Below the pieces are notes generated by a model. The model made no database searches. It worked only from the letters and a program-made list of their open reading frames with translations, and was not told the origin of the DNA. The position numbers and the translations under genes were made by a program. Positions 1-11,421 of a stretch of DNA of 64,000 bases are shown here, in pieces (the first letter of the stretch is position 1; each line of letters opens with the position of its first letter). The DNA is from an uncultured delta proteobacterium (GTDB taxonomy: Bacteria > Myxococcota_A > Polyangia > Fen-1088): NCBI GenBank assembly GCA_963767925.1, contig CAVYGB010000008.1, positions 2,560,001 to 2,624,000 of the forward strand, read 5' to 3'.

Positions 1-377
1 TCGTCGGTGGCCTTCTTGAACAGGTACAGCTCCGCCCCCTGCGGGTCGGCGATGCGCGCGAATCGACCGACGCCGCGCGCGTCGAAGAGCGGCTCGACGA
101 TCTTGCCGCCGCTGGCCGTCGCCGCGCTGGCCGCGCCGTCGACGTTTTCCACCGAGACGTACGAGATCCAGCGGGCCGGCCGGTCGTCGCTCGAGGTGGC
201 GTAGCCACCCGTCATGGTGTCGCCGACGTAGACCATGTCGTACGAGGCGTCCCCCATGGGGAAGGCCTGCGTCCGCCACCCCAGCGCCTCGCCATAGAAG
301 GCCTGGGCCCTCTTCGAGTCGCGGGACAGGTGCTCGAACCAGATGAACTTGCCGGGAAGCCGGTTGGGGTCAGCCAT
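1..377 (-). CDS. VOC/glyoxalase family protein (runs off left edge)
   Basis: Manual translation: MADPNRLPGKFIWFEHLSRDSKRAQAFYGEALGW...WISYVSVENVD...GGKIV...GRFARIADPQGA. AAGGAG RBS upstream. Confidence 0.85.
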   Translation of the reverse strand, partial: MADPNRLPGKFIWFEHLSRDSKRAQAFYGEALGWRTQAFPMGDASYDMVYVGDTMTGGYATSSDDRPARWISYVSVENVDGAASAATASGGKIVEPLFDARGVGRFARIADPQGAELYLFKKATD

Positions 378-459
378 GTCGTCTCTCCTTTCGACCGGAG
401 GACGAACGACCCGGACCCCAACCGACAACCCGGCTGCGATTCGCGCGGCCGGGCTGCCG

Positions 460-1449
460 CTACGCGTAGTGGTCGTGGTGGTGGTGGAGCGTCTGGTCGA
501 GGGCCAGCTTGTACTTCGCCGACAGGTCCTTCGACAGCGTGCGCAGCTCCGCCTTCGGCAGGGCCTTGAACGAGCGGGCGAGCAGGACGTCCTCCTCGAT
601 GTGCTCGAGCTTCGGCATGCCGATGACGGCGGTCGCCACCGAGGGCAACGACAGCGAGTAATACAGCAGCTTGTTCGCGGGGGCGGCGCCGACCAGGGCC
701 TCCTGCCCGAAGATCTTCATGGCGATGATGCCCATCTTCTTGCGCTGGGCGACCGGCAGGGCGACCGTCTCGAAGCTGGTCTGCATGTCGGTGTTGGGGA
801 TCATGCCCTTGGGGCTGGACTTCATGCCCACCAGGGCCGCGTTGAGCGCCATCTGGGTACAGTCGAAGTCGTGCCGCTCGAGCGCGGTCTTCAGCACCTG
901 GGGATCGGTGTGGCTGGTGATGCCGATGAAGCGAGCCACCTTCTGATCGCGCAGCTTGCGCAGGACCGCCAGCACGCCATCCTTGGCCTCGATCGCCGCC
1001 AGATCGTCCTCGCCCTTGAGGTCGTGGATGTGGATGAGGTCGATGTGGTCGGTCTGCAGGCGCTTGAGGCTGCCCTCGAGGATCTGCATGGCCTCGTCGC
1101 CCTTGCGCTTGTTGATCTTGGTGGCGAGAAAGACGCTCTTGCGACGCTCCTTCATCACCTTGCCGACCCGCTCCTCGCTGAGGCCGTTGCCGTAGCCGTA
1201 GGCGGTGTCCATGTACGTGATGCCGAGGTCGAAGGCGCGGGTGAGGGCCTCGAGCGCCTTGTCCTCTTCCTTGTACATGAGGAAGCGGCTGCCGCCGCCC
1301 ATGGCCAGGATCGACACCCGCACGCCCGTCTTGCCGAGGATCCGCGACGGGATCTTCCCGGCGGCGGGCTTCGCCTCCGCCCTCCATGCCGCGCCGGCCG
1401 CCACTCCAACCCCGGTGGTCTTCAGAAACCGTCGTCTCGACAGACTCAT
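460..1449 (-). CDS. Aldo/keto reductase with Tat signal
   Basis: SRRRFLK twin-arginine motif; LGKTG, GITYMDTAYGYG, FLATK, SLKRLQTDHIDLIHIH; His-rich C-terminus. Confidence 0.9.
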   Translation of the reverse strand: MSLSRRRFLKTTGVGVAAGAAWRAEAKPAAGKIPSRILGKTGVRVSILAMGGGSRFLMYKEEDKALEALTRAFDLGITYMDTAYGYGNGLSEERVGKVMKERRKSVFLATKINKRKGDEAMQILEGSLKRLQTDHIDLIHIHDLKGEDDLAAIEAKDGVLAVLRKLRDQKVARFIGITSHTDPQVLKTALERHDFDCTQMALNAALVGMKSSPKGMIPNTDMQTSFETVALPVAQRKKMGIIAMKIFGQEALVGAAPANKLLYYSLSLPSVATAVIGMPKLEHIEEDVLLARSFKALPKAELRTLSKDLSAKYKLALDQTLHHHHDHYA

Positions 1450-1512
1450 GCGCGCCTCCTTGTAAAAAGGGGGCCACGATACGCCATATCGCTGCCCAGC
1501 ACGACCCCTCAT

Positions 1513-3762
1513 TCAGTAACGGAGACGCAGGCCTCCGAGGGCCCAGCGCGGCTCCTGCAGGGCCGGGCCGGCCAGGCCGCGCAGGGCGTAGCGCCGGAAG
1601 CTGGCGTTCCGCACCGTGAGGAAGACGTCCAGGGGGTCGAAGGGGGTGAACAGGGCGTGGACGTTGATCTCGTAGGGGAGCGCCAGGCTGACGCCGGCGT
1701 TGCTGTAGTTGGGCGGCAGGTTCTCGGGAGACGAGCGCAGGACCAGGCTGGGGGTGATGGAGAGGTTCTTCAGGAGGGCCAGGGTGGTCCCGGCCCGGAC
1801 GTTGTGCCGGGAGATCTGGGGCAACCCCGAGACGACCGCCCCCTGGGTGCGGGTGAAGTCGACGTAGGAGTACGATCCCCAGCCGGAGATCCGGGCGGTG
1901 CTGAAGCGGAAAAACAGGTCGAACCCCATCCCGGTGCTCGAGCCGAGGTTCACCGACTGGGCCAGGCGGCGGGGCCCGGTCCCGTCGGGGTTCACGAACA
2001 CCATCGGGGAGACGACGGTCTCGGGCGCGCCCGACTGGCTGACGATCAGCAGATCGGACTGCTCGTTGTAGTAGGCGCTGCCGCTCAGGAGCAGGTGCTG
2101 GGTGCGCCAGCTCAGGTTCACCTCGTTCGAGCGGGCGCGTTCGGGGTTGAGGTACGGGTTGTCTTTCCCGATCTGCCCCCCGTTGTCGTAGACGTTGTAG
2201 ATGTACGAGGGCGCGGGGGCCACGTAGGCCATCGAGAAGACGTATTTGAGAGTCAGCCGCCCCCCCAGTCCCTGGACGATGACCGCGGCCCGCGGGCTGA
2301 TGGGCACCACCTCGAAGCGGGTGGTGCGATCGGCGCGTACGCCGGCGATGGCCCGCAGGTGCTCGTTGAAGTTGTGCGCCCCCTCGACGTACGCCCCGAA
2401 CTGCTGGTACTTCAGGTTGACCGTCCGCGGAATCACCACGCGCGAGTCGGGGTTGTTGGCCTCGGTGTAGTAGCTGAGGCTGCCCGCCTGGAGGACGACG
2501 TCGCCGCGGGTGTTGGCCCGGCCGGGGACGGTCGCCTTGGGGACGACGTCGTAGTCGGTGGCCACCGCGCCGACCATGAGGCGGGTCGAGGGGCTGAGCT
2601 GCAGGTCCAGCTTCTCCTCCAGCGAGGCGCTGGTGCCGATGGCGTATTTGTAGTCCCCCAGGAAGAGTCCCCCCGTGGCGTTCGGGAAGACGTAGCGCGA
2701 CTCCGGATCGAGCTCGTAGCGGTTGAAGGTGAGGGACGAGTGCAGGGTCACGCTCTCCGAGAAGCTGAGGGCGTTCTGGCCCTCCACCACCAGCGAACGG
2801 TCCCGCCAGCGCGCCTCGGGCACGAAGAACAGCACCGGGGAGGGGCCGGTCTCCCCCCGCCCCTCCGAGCTGCTGCGCGCGCTCTCCCGGTACCAGGCCT
2901 GCAAGGAGGTCTGCTGCGACTCGATCCGCACGAAGCTGTTGATGCCGAAGTCGCCGCGCACGGGCGGCCCCGCGCGATCGATGGGGGTCAGGAAGGTGTC
3001 GTACTTCTGCCACCAGGCCGGATGATCCTGCTGGAAGTTGCTCAGGTCGGCGTCGCGGCCGGTCACGTAGGCGGTGATCGACACCGGCAGATCCGAGCCC
3101 TGGAAGAAGGTGTGGGCGAAGGAGGCGTAGGCTTCTTTCGTGTCGTAGAGCCCGTAGCCGGCCATCAGCTCCACGGTGGCGTCGCCCGGGCGGCGGGTCT
3201 TGATGTTGATGACCGCGCTGATGGCGTCTTGCCCGTAGAGGGTCGAGCCGGGGCCGTAGATCACCTCGATCTGATCGGCGAAGCGCACGTCGACGTCGCT
3301 GCGGATCATGAGCTCCTCGCCGCCCGGCGGGTTGACCCGCATGCCGTTGACGAGGAGGACCACCTTGTTGTTCCCCACCACGCCGCGCACGGGCACCAGA
3401 GTCCCGAGCTCGGAATAATATTGCTCGACCGTCTCCATGCCGGGCAGGTCCTTGAGCACGTCGGCCAGGGTGGCGTAGCCCCGGGCCCGGATGTCCCCGG
3501 CCGTGATCACGTAGACGGTGGCGGGAGCTTCGGTGGCGCGCTCGAGGGTGCGAGACGCGGTGGTGATGCTGGGATCCAGCAGCTGTCCGAGCGACAGCGG
3601 CGCCATGCCCGGCAGGTCGAGGCTCTGGGCCCCGTCGGACGGAGCACCCGGCTGGGTCACCGTCGGCGGAGGCGACTGGGCGATAGCAGGGGCCGGGACG
3701 CCGGCGAGGGACGCGATCAGCGCCCACGGCCGGAGGAAGCGAATACAGGCGGACGCTGACAT
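1513..3762 (-). CDS. TonB-dependent receptor
   Basis: Plug motifs TASR..APATVYVIT..DI, LLVNG, IEVIYGPGSTLYG..A.SAVINIKT; beta-barrel; C-terminal aromatic residue (LRY). Confidence 0.9.
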   Translation of the reverse strand: MSASACIRFLRPWALIASLAGVPAPAIAQSPPPTVTQPGAPSDGAQSLDLPGMAPLSLGQLLDPSITTASRTLERATEAPATVYVITAGDIRARGYATLADVLKDLPGMETVEQYYSELGTLVPVRGVVGNNKVVLLVNGMRVNPPGGEELMIRSDVDVRFADQIEVIYGPGSTLYGQDAISAVINIKTRRPGDATVELMAGYGLYDTKEAYASFAHTFFQGSDLPVSITAYVTGRDADLSNFQQDHPAWWQKYDTFLTPIDRAGPPVRGDFGINSFVRIESQQTSLQAWYRESARSSSEGRGETGPSPVLFFVPEARWRDRSLVVEGQNALSFSESVTLHSSLTFNRYELDPESRYVFPNATGGLFLGDYKYAIGTSASLEEKLDLQLSPSTRLMVGAVATDYDVVPKATVPGRANTRGDVVLQAGSLSYYTEANNPDSRVVIPRTVNLKYQQFGAYVEGAHNFNEHLRAIAGVRADRTTRFEVVPISPRAAVIVQGLGGRLTLKYVFSMAYVAPAPSYIYNVYDNGGQIGKDNPYLNPERARSNEVNLSWRTQHLLLSGSAYYNEQSDLLIVSQSGAPETVVSPMVFVNPDGTGPRRLAQSVNLGSSTGMGFDLFFRFSTARISGWGSYSYVDFTRTQGAVVSGLPQISRHNVRAGTTLALLKNLSITPSLVLRSSPENLPPNYSNAGVSLALPYEINVHALFTPFDPLDVFLTVRNASFRRYALRGLAGPALQEPRWALGGLRLRY

Positions 3763-4052
3763 GGGTTCCTCCCCCCCTGCCAGCCTAGACCGAACCGCGC
3801 CGGGAAGGTAAGGACCTGATTGTTTCGATCTCGCCACCGCGAGTGAAACGACGCGAATGACGATGACACCGGGCATTGGCGTCATCTCGGTCGGTCGTGG
3901 AGGGTATGCCCACACCCTCCGAGAAGGCGACCCTCCCGGCAAATGCCTGCGGCCGGGGCCGGTTCGACCCGGCGAGGCGCGCGCAAACCCTGGATCTTGC
4001 TGGCCACCGGACCCGTCCCGAAACGTCCCATCCTGTGGTAGACACAGAGCGC

Positions 4053-4985
4053 ATGAAGTTGCCGTCGCAGTTTCCGGCGCTCCTGTCCAGCTTCACCACC
4101 TGCCTCCTGCTTGGTTGCTCTCCCGCCCAGGTGAAACCTCCCGCCGTCTCGGGCGGCGGCGGTGCCGGCGGCAGCGACGCGGCGGCGCCTGTCTCGCCGG
4201 GCATCGGCCCCAACACCGGGATCCCGGTCGGCAGCGGCGGCACGGGCGGCGGAGCGCCTCCGCGCCGGGCGGACGCCGGCGTCCCGGTTCGCCCCACCCC
4301 TCCCCCTCCCGACGCCGCCCGCCCGATCGATCGCCCTCCCCGTCCGGACGTGCCGCCGCCGCCGACCATCCTCTACGTGACCGGCAGCGAGGCGAACGCC
4401 GAGTTCGCCAATGACGAGACGCTCGTCGATCGGCTGCAGGACAAGGGCTTCCGCGTCGATCGCGAGACCGACACCTCGGTGAGCGCCGACGACCTGGAAG
4501 ACGTCGTCGCCATCGTGATGAGCGCCAGCACCGACTCGGCCAGCGTGCGGATGAACCTCGCCCAGGCCCCCACGCTGGCGATTCCGATCGTCGCCATGGA
4601 CGAGAACCTGGAGCCCTTCCTGAACCTGGTCGGGCCAGCCGCCGAGGAGCGGGGAACCACCGATCAGACGCAGGTGACGCTCATCGCCGACGCCGACCCC
4701 GCCCTCACGGCCGGCCTGTCGGGCACGGTCACGGTGTACGCCACCGCGTTCGGCATCGCCTGGGGCGTCCCGGGGCCCGGCGCGTTGCGCGTCGCGACCG
4801 TGAACGGAAATCCCAACGAGGTCGCCATCTACGCCTATCCCAAGGGCGCCATGATGGCGAACGACACCGTTGCCCCCGCCAAGCGGGTGTTCTTCTTCGT
4901 CCGCGAGAGCGCCGAGGAAGACATCTTGACCGAAGACGGCCTCAAGCTGTTCGAGGCCGCGGTCACCTACGCCGTCGCGCCCTGA
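4053..4985 (+). CDS. Hypothetical lipoprotein (Gly/Pro linker plus alpha/beta domain)
   Basis: Lipobox-like LLLGC, low-complexity linker, globular C-terminus with GC-biased codons. Confidence 0.7.
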   Translation: MKLPSQFPALLSSFTTCLLLGCSPAQVKPPAVSGGGGAGGSDAAAPVSPGIGPNTGIPVGSGGTGGGAPPRRADAGVPVRPTPPPPDAARPIDRPPRPDVPPPPTILYVTGSEANAEFANDETLVDRLQDKGFRVDRETDTSVSADDLEDVVAIVMSASTDSASVRMNLAQAPTLAIPIVAMDENLEPFLNLVGPAAEERGTTDQTQVTLIADADPALTAGLSGTVTVYATAFGIAWGVPGPGALRVATVNGNPNEVAIYAYPKGAMMANDTVAPAKRVFFFVRESAEEDILTEDGLKLFEAAVTYAVAP

Positions 4986-5220
4986 CCAGGCGCGGGCTCG
5001 CGCCCGGGGGCCAGCGGCCCCACCTTAGTTTCGGGACAGACCGGCCGGACCGGGAGGCCTCCACGGGGGCTTCCCCGGTTGACGATCGGCAGGGCCGAAC
5101 CCATCGTGCAATTGAATCTGGTTCAATAATGATCGAGGTCGCAGCAGACGTGAGCCCGGAGGGAGCAAGATGACGGCAACGGTGGGGACCGAGGGAACGT
5201 GGAGGTGGAGCTGGCGCAAG

Positions 5221-6122
5221 ATGAACGGGGGAATCGGCGGGTCCCTGCTGATTCTGGCGGCGCTCGTGGTGGGGTGCGGGACGCGGACCGAGGGGCTGCT
5301 CCTGCCCGACCCGATTGTCGCGCCCGAAAGCCTCGGGCCATCGACCGGCAGCGGCGCGCCCTCCATCGATCCGCCGGCCCCGCCGCCGGCCGGCGTCCAG
5401 CCCGGCGCCACCCCGACCCCAGCGCCCATGCCCGCTCCGGGACCCGCGCCGGCCCCCCCGGTCCCGGTGATGCCCGGGCCGGCTCCCGCGCCGCCCGCGG
5501 GGTGCCGGGTGGGCGAGGTGCATTGCAGCGGCCGGATCCCCAGATCTGCGGCGCCGACGGCACCTGGATCAGCGGCCCGCCCTGCGCCTACGCCTGCCAG
5601 GGCGGGTGCGTGAACCGCTTCTCGGCGGTGTCGTCTGGCTACGGCTCGCCCAGCAACGGGGAAGGCCTGGCCGAGTTCAAGCTGAACACCGAGTCCTTCT
5701 TCTCCGAGCGCGGCGGGCTGCTGGGCTCGCGGGGCTTCAACGTGGCGGTCGTCGATCCCACCAGCGGGGACCAGCTCGAGCCGGTGCGCAACTTCGATCC
5801 CTGGACCACTCCGCTGAGCGGCAACGCCTTCACCGCGCTGGCGGAGTATCTCGAGTCGCTCGAGCCGGGGCGCCTGGTCTTGATGGCCGTGTGCGACGAC
5901 GCCGGCCTCAACGCCCTCAACTCCTGCGAGCGGCACCGGACCGCCCCCGTCGAGCGGCTGGTCCAGACCCTCGAGGCGATGGGCAGCGAGCTGATCGGAT
6001 CGTATTGCTCCCGGGGGGCCTGGTCCTTCGTGACCCTCACCGGCCGCCCGGGCGCGCTCGCCGAGAAGCTGAGCGACGGTCCCAAGGTGACCGCCGAGCT
6101 GCTCTTGCCTGCCCGGCCGTGA
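5221..6122 (+). CDS. Lipoprotein with Cys-rich module and ILEI/PANDER (GG-type) domain; frameshift near 5540
   Basis: LVVGC lipobox in one frame. It continues in another frame after a C run (GRIP|QICGADG). RGFNVAVVD..FD..LAEYL..L..GRLVLMAVCDDA..LEAMGS..RGAWSFV pattern. Confidence 0.7.
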
Positions 6123-6587
6123 TCAGGCGTCGTCCAGGGTCAGCGCCTCCGCGGGCATGGGCGGAGGCGCCGGGTCGGTCACGCTGAGCACCTCGACGTC
6201 GTACTGGATGTCCTTGTCGGCCAGGGGATGCAGGAGCTGGACGTCGACCTCGTCGCCCTCGATCCGGTCGATGAACAGCACCACGTCCACGCCGTTGAGC
6301 CCCTTGGCGGCGAAGCGCTCGCCCTGTCGCAGAGAGACCTCCCCCGGGAACTCGCTGCGCTTCATCGTCTTGTGCGGGCTGTGAGCCGGGTTGCCGAAGG
6401 CTTCGCGCGCGGGCAACACGCCCGCCTTCTTCGCCCCCGGCGTCAGCCCGGCCAGCGCCGTCTCGAGCCCGGGCAACATCTTGCCGCTGCCCTGGATGTA
6501 CTCCACCACACTGTCCTCCAGCGGCCCACCACCCAGCGCCTCGAGGTGCACACGGATGCGGACGCGCCTGCCAGCTTCGATTTGCAC
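6123..6587 (-). CDS. FKBP-type peptidyl-prolyl isomerase (SlyD/FkpB-like, no His tail)
   Basis: EYIQGSGKMLPGLETALAG, AREAFG, HPLADKDIQYDVEVLSV. Confidence 0.85.
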   Translation of the reverse strand: MQIEAGRRVRIRVHLEALGGGPLEDSVVEYIQGSGKMLPGLETALAGLTPGAKKAGVLPAREAFGNPAHSPHKTMKRSEFPGEVSLRQGERFAAKGLNGVDVVLFIDRIEGDEVDVQLLHPLADKDIQYDVEVLSVTDPAPPPMPAEALTLDDA

Positions 6588-6618
6588 CTATCCATCGTAC
6601 ACCCCGGCCGGGGCGTCG

Positions 6619-8563
6619 TCAGCGGCCGTTGGGGCGGTCGGCCAGGCTGCGCAGGAGCACGTCGAGATCCACCGGCTTGACCAGGTGCAGGTCGAAGCCC
6701 GCCGCGACAGAGCGGTCGCGGTCGGTCTCCTGACCGTATCCGGTCATCGCGATGAGCCGGGGCTGGGGGTTGCCCAGCAGAGCCCGCACCTGCCCGGCCA
6801 GCTCGAAGCCGTCCATGCCGGGCAGGCCGATGTCGAGGATCGCGACGTCGGGCCGGAAGCCCCGCAAGACGGCCAGCGCCGTGGGCCCGCTGATCGCCGT
6901 CTGCACCTCGTGTCCCACCATGCGCAGCAGCTCGGCCACGCTGAGGAGGGCGTCCTGGTTGTCATCGACGATGAGGACACGCAGGGGTCGCCCGGAGACC
7001 AGGACTCCGGGGTCGACCTCGCCCGTATCCTCCCGCGGCCGCGGCTCGCCCGGCGCGAGTGGGAGCTTGACCGTGAAGGTGCTGCCCCGCCCGAGACCCG
7101 GGCTGCGCGCCTCCACCGTGCCCCCATGTAGCCGAACGAACGAGCGCACCAGAGACAGGCCGATGCCCATCCCGCCGGCCGAGCGGGCCACGCTCTGGGA
7201 GGCCTGCACGAAGGTCTCGAACACCTTCGGCAGCAGCTCGGGGTCGATGCCCATCCCGCGGTCGTGGACCTCGACCTCGACCTGCCCTGGCCCGACCGTC
7301 ACGACGAAGTCGATGTGACCCCCCGGATCCGTGTATTTGGCGGCGTTGGTCAGCAAATTCGCGAAGGTCTGGGCCAGGCGGACCGGATCGCCGTCGACGC
7401 TGATCGATCCGGGCGGGGTCTTCACCTCCAGCTCGTGCCGGCGGTCCTCGATGAGGGGGCTGGCCAGCTCGATGGCCCGGGCGATCACCTCGTGGAGATC
7501 GATCCTTTCCTTCTTGATCTGGAAGGTGCCCCGGGCGATCCGCGAGACATCCAGCAGATCGTCCACCAGCCGCACCATGTGCTTGAGCTGGCGCTCGATG
7601 ATGAGCTGCTCGCTGGAGGCCCGGATGTCCCCCCGCAGCTTGAGGAGCTGCAGCGCCGTCAAGGCGGGCGCCAGGGGGTTGCGCAGCTCGTGCCCAAGCA
7701 TGGCCAGGAACTCGTCCTTGGCCCGGTTGGCCTGCTCGGCGAGGATGCGGGCGGCCTGCTCGCGCTCGGCGTTCTTCCGCTCGGTGAGATCGCGCGTGAC
7801 CTTGGCGAAGCCAACGAGCCGTTGCTGCTGATCGCGGATGGCGCTCAGGGTGACGCTGGCCCAGAAGCGAGACGCCGTCCCGCCGGATCCGCCACCCCTC
7901 TTCTTCGTAGCGACCGACCGTGGCCGCGATCTGCAGCTCGCGGTCGGGATGCCCCGAGGCGGCGACGTCCGGGGGATAGAAGATCGAGAAGTGCTGGCCG
8001 ATGATCTCGTCGGCCGAGTAGTGCTTGATCCGCTGGGCCCCGAGGTTCCAGGTCGTGACCAGACCCGCCGGGTCGAGCATGAAGATGGCGTAGTCCTGAA
8101 CGCTCTCGATCAGGAGACGCAGGCGCAGCTCGCTCTGCCGCACCTTCTCCTCCGCCTCCCACCGCTCGGTCAGGTCGCGGGTGATCTTGGCGAACCCCTG
8201 CAGCTCCCCGTCGGGACCGCGGATCGCCGTCAGGATCACGTTGGCCCAGAAGCGGGTGCCGTCCTTGCGCAGGCGCCAGTCCTCGTCCTCGAAGCGACCC
8301 GTCTGCTCGGCGACGGTCAGCTCCCGCTCGCACTTGCCGGCCCGGACCTGCTCCAGCGGATAGAACACCGAGAAGTGCTGGCCGATGATCTCGTCGACCC
8401 GATATTGCTTGAGGCGCACGGCCCCCGAATTCCAGGTGCGGACGATGCCGGCGGGATCGAGCATGAAGATCGCGTAGTCGGTCACGCTGTCCACGAGCAT
8501 CCGGAAGGGCTCGCTGACCAGCCACGCTTCCGGTTCGACCGACCGTACGGGTTTGCTCTCCAT
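6619..8563 (-). CDS. PAS-PAS hybrid sensor histidine kinase with receiver; frameshift near 7875
   Basis: Two DYAIFMLDP PAS repeats, MLGHELRNPL H-box, NLLTNAAKY, D.G.G, G.GIGL, receiver VDD..DIGLPGMDG..KP. Confidence 0.9.
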
Positions 8564-8675
8564 GGCAGGTGGGGCCCGTAGCGCCTGCCCCGTGCCGGGC
8601 AGGCGCTGACCCGACCTCGAACTATGGAGCCCCCGGGCGGCTTGTCGAGCCCGCCCCCATGTCGCAGCGCGAAAT

Positions 8676-11421
8676 TCAGTACCGGAAGCGGAGGCCGAGG
8701 CGGATGCGCAGGGTATCGGCCCGGGCGCTGGGCTGTCCGAAGAAGGGCCCGTCGTCGGTGTAGACGGCCGTCGTCGTGCGCAGGGCCAGCACGTTGAGGA
8801 TGTCGCCGTAGACCTCGAGCCGCTGGCCGAGCAGCGGCTGGAGGTTGGCCCGAACCTGCAGGTTGAAGGCCTGCTGGTCGGGCAGGCGCAGCTCGCGATC
8901 GTCACCGGGGTCGTTGATGTCGGTGCCCGGGTTGATGCCGATCCGCGCCCGGTAGTTGTCGTTGCGGCCGGTGACCGGATTCCAGTACCGGCGGCTGTAG
9001 GGGGCGCCCGAATAGTAGGTGTAGAGCATGCCGGTCGACAGCCAGGAGGTGGCCTGGAAGGCCACCGAGGCGCGCAGCTCGTGGCGGCGGTCGTTGGGCA
9101 GGTTGCCCCAGAGGAAGATGTCGCGCGGGGGGATGTTCCCCCATTCGTTGTCCTCCTCGTTGGGGACGTTCCCCTGCAGGCGGCTCCAGGTGTAGCTGGC
9201 GGTGAGCTTGAGTCCGGCCCTCCCGCTTCTTCAGGCTGGCGGTGACCGCCAGGTAGCGCCGGCGGGCGGCCGCCGGGGTACCGAGGTCGTCGATGGTCTC
9301 GGCGCGCCCATTGCGGTAGGCGCCGGTCGGGGCGAGCGCCGTCCCCCCGTCGTTCCAGATGCGGTTGGTCTCCCGCCGCTCGTAGGGGTTGCGGTAGCTG
9401 CGGTAGATGAAGTCGGCGCCCAGCCCCAGCCCTTGCCGCACCTCCCGCTCGCCGCCCGCCGTCAGCTCGGTCGTGCGGGGAGTCTTGAGCTTCTCCCGGC
9501 AGGGGCTGCCGTCGGCCCGGTAGCCCTGCGGTCCGCAGGGCAGCCCGATGGTGCGCCCGGGCAGCCCCCCGGCGTAGCGGCAGTCGAGGTCGTATTCGCC
9601 GCTGGCCGGGTTGAAGCGGCACTCGCGCGAGACCCCGTCGCCGAGGGCGTGGCGCGCGATCCGGACGGCGTCGGTGTCGACGTATTGATTGAAGCTGGCC
9701 CGCAGCACCGTGCGGCTATCGTGCAGTGGATCCCAGGCCACCGCCAGGTGGGGGGTGAGCTCGGTCTGATTGATGACGGTCCCGGCCAGGCTGGTCCCGG
9801 CCTGATTCGTGGTGACGGCCAGGCCGGGGGTGACCGTGAGGAAGCGGGTGATCCGCATGGCGTCGCTGACCGAGTTGACGAAGCGGTAGCCCGAGCTGGT
9901 CCGCAACCAGAAGCCCCGCCGGGCCTCGTCGAGCCGGGGATCGTTCGAGTAGTAGTCGATGCGGCGATCGGGGGAGGTGCCGTTGAAGATCTCCTTGGCG
10001 TCGCCGGGGACGCCGTCGGCGGTCTGGTAAAAGCGGCTGAAGTAGCGGGAGACCGCCTTCACGCTGTGCTCGGCCCAGCTGGTGCGGGCGAACCACTCCA
10101 GGGTGTTGACCAGCTCGAGGCTGCTGTCGACGAGCTGGGTGACGCGATCGTAGTTTTCCAGGTAGGTGCGCCGGGGGAAGATCTGCTCGACCGGGGTCGT
10201 GTGCTGGCAGGCCTCGGCATCGAGCCGGCAGGCCTCGGGCAGGTCGCGGCGGCGGAAGCGCTGCAGGCCGATCTGGCTCTTGAAGAACAGGCTGTCCGAT
10301 ATCAGCGACTCCCAGGTGACCCCGGTAAAGTAGTCGAGGTAGTCCCGCATCTGCTGGGCCTCGGCGGTGACGTCGAAGCCGTCGCGCAGGTTCTGCCAGC
10401 TCTCCCGGTTGACGAGGGTGAAGCTCTGGATCTTGTTACGGGGGGTGGCCTGCCAGGTGAGCTTGAGGGTGCCCCGCCGGTTCCAGTAGCCCAGGTCGGC
10501 CGAGGCGGGGCCGAAGCCGGTGGGGTCCTGCTCCCGCTCCTGCAGGCGGGTGCGCACCTCGGTGTTCAGGTAAAACCAGAGCTTGTCCTTGATGATCGGC
10601 CCCGAGAAGGCGGGGTTGAGGAAGCGGGTGCGATCGAGGGCGGCCACCCCGTCGCTCGCCTCGGCCAGGGGCGACAGGCGGTTGTCCTCCATCCAGGAGG
10701 TCACGTCGAGGGCGTACTGGTTCGAGCCCGACTGGGTCACCATGTTGACCACCATGCCGGGAGAGCCCGCGTTCTCCGCTCCGTAGCCAGCGGTCTGCAC
10801 CTCCATGGCGGCCAGGGAGTTGAGTGTGATCTTCTGCCCGGTCATGACGAAGCCTTCCAGCATGAAGGCGTTCTGGTTGGAGTTGCCGCCCCGGACGCGG
10901 GCGGTCCAGTCGCCGCCGTTGGCGGCGCCGGGGACGTTGTCCCGGATGAAGCCGCCGTAGCCGGTGCGCTTGTCGAGCGGGAGGTGATCGACGAAGTCGG
11001 CGTCGAAGACCTCCCGGACGTTGGCGGTCGTCGTGCTGACGATGGGGGCCGACTCGACGACCTTGACCTCCTCGGTGGCGCTCTCCACCTCCATGATGAG
11101 CACCACCTCGGCGGGGGCGTTCAACCCCACCCGGATGTCCCGCTGGACCACCGTCTTGAGCTTGGGGGCCCGGGCCCGCAGCTCGAAGGTGCCGGGTTGC
11201 AGCCCGGGAAACCGGAAGAAGCCCTCGGCGTTGCTGTAAGCCTGCTTCTCGCCGCCGATCTGGGTGCCGGAGCTGGTCGAGAGCTGCACGCCCGGCAGCG
11301 GCATGCCCGACTGATCGACGACGTTGCCGATGATGCTCCCCACGGCCTGTGCCCGGGCAGCCGCCGGAACCATCGCGATCGCACCGAACAACACAAGCTC
11401 GCGAATCCGAAAGGTCGTCAT
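8676..11421 (-). CDS. TonB-dependent receptor with carboxypeptidase regulatory-like N-domain; frameshift near 9215
   Basis: GSIIGNVVDQSGMPLPG..GFFRFPGLQPGTFEL, SGSN, FSGPIIKDKLWFY. The C-terminus (SYTWSRL..LRFRY) lies in a shifted frame. Confidence 0.85.

Noticed and set aside
212..3759. Very long ORFs 212..3727(-) and 343..3759(+), and similar ones elsewhere (e.g. 26795..30892, 9202..11502, 13031..15637)
   Set aside because: Alternate-frame or antisense shadows of real genes in high-GC DNA; Arg/Pro/Gly-rich with no recognisable motifs.
3763..4052. Cobalamin riboswitch upstream of the TonB receptor
   Set aside because: No B12-box or other conserved riboswitch motif seen; only a short hairpin near 3899-3920.
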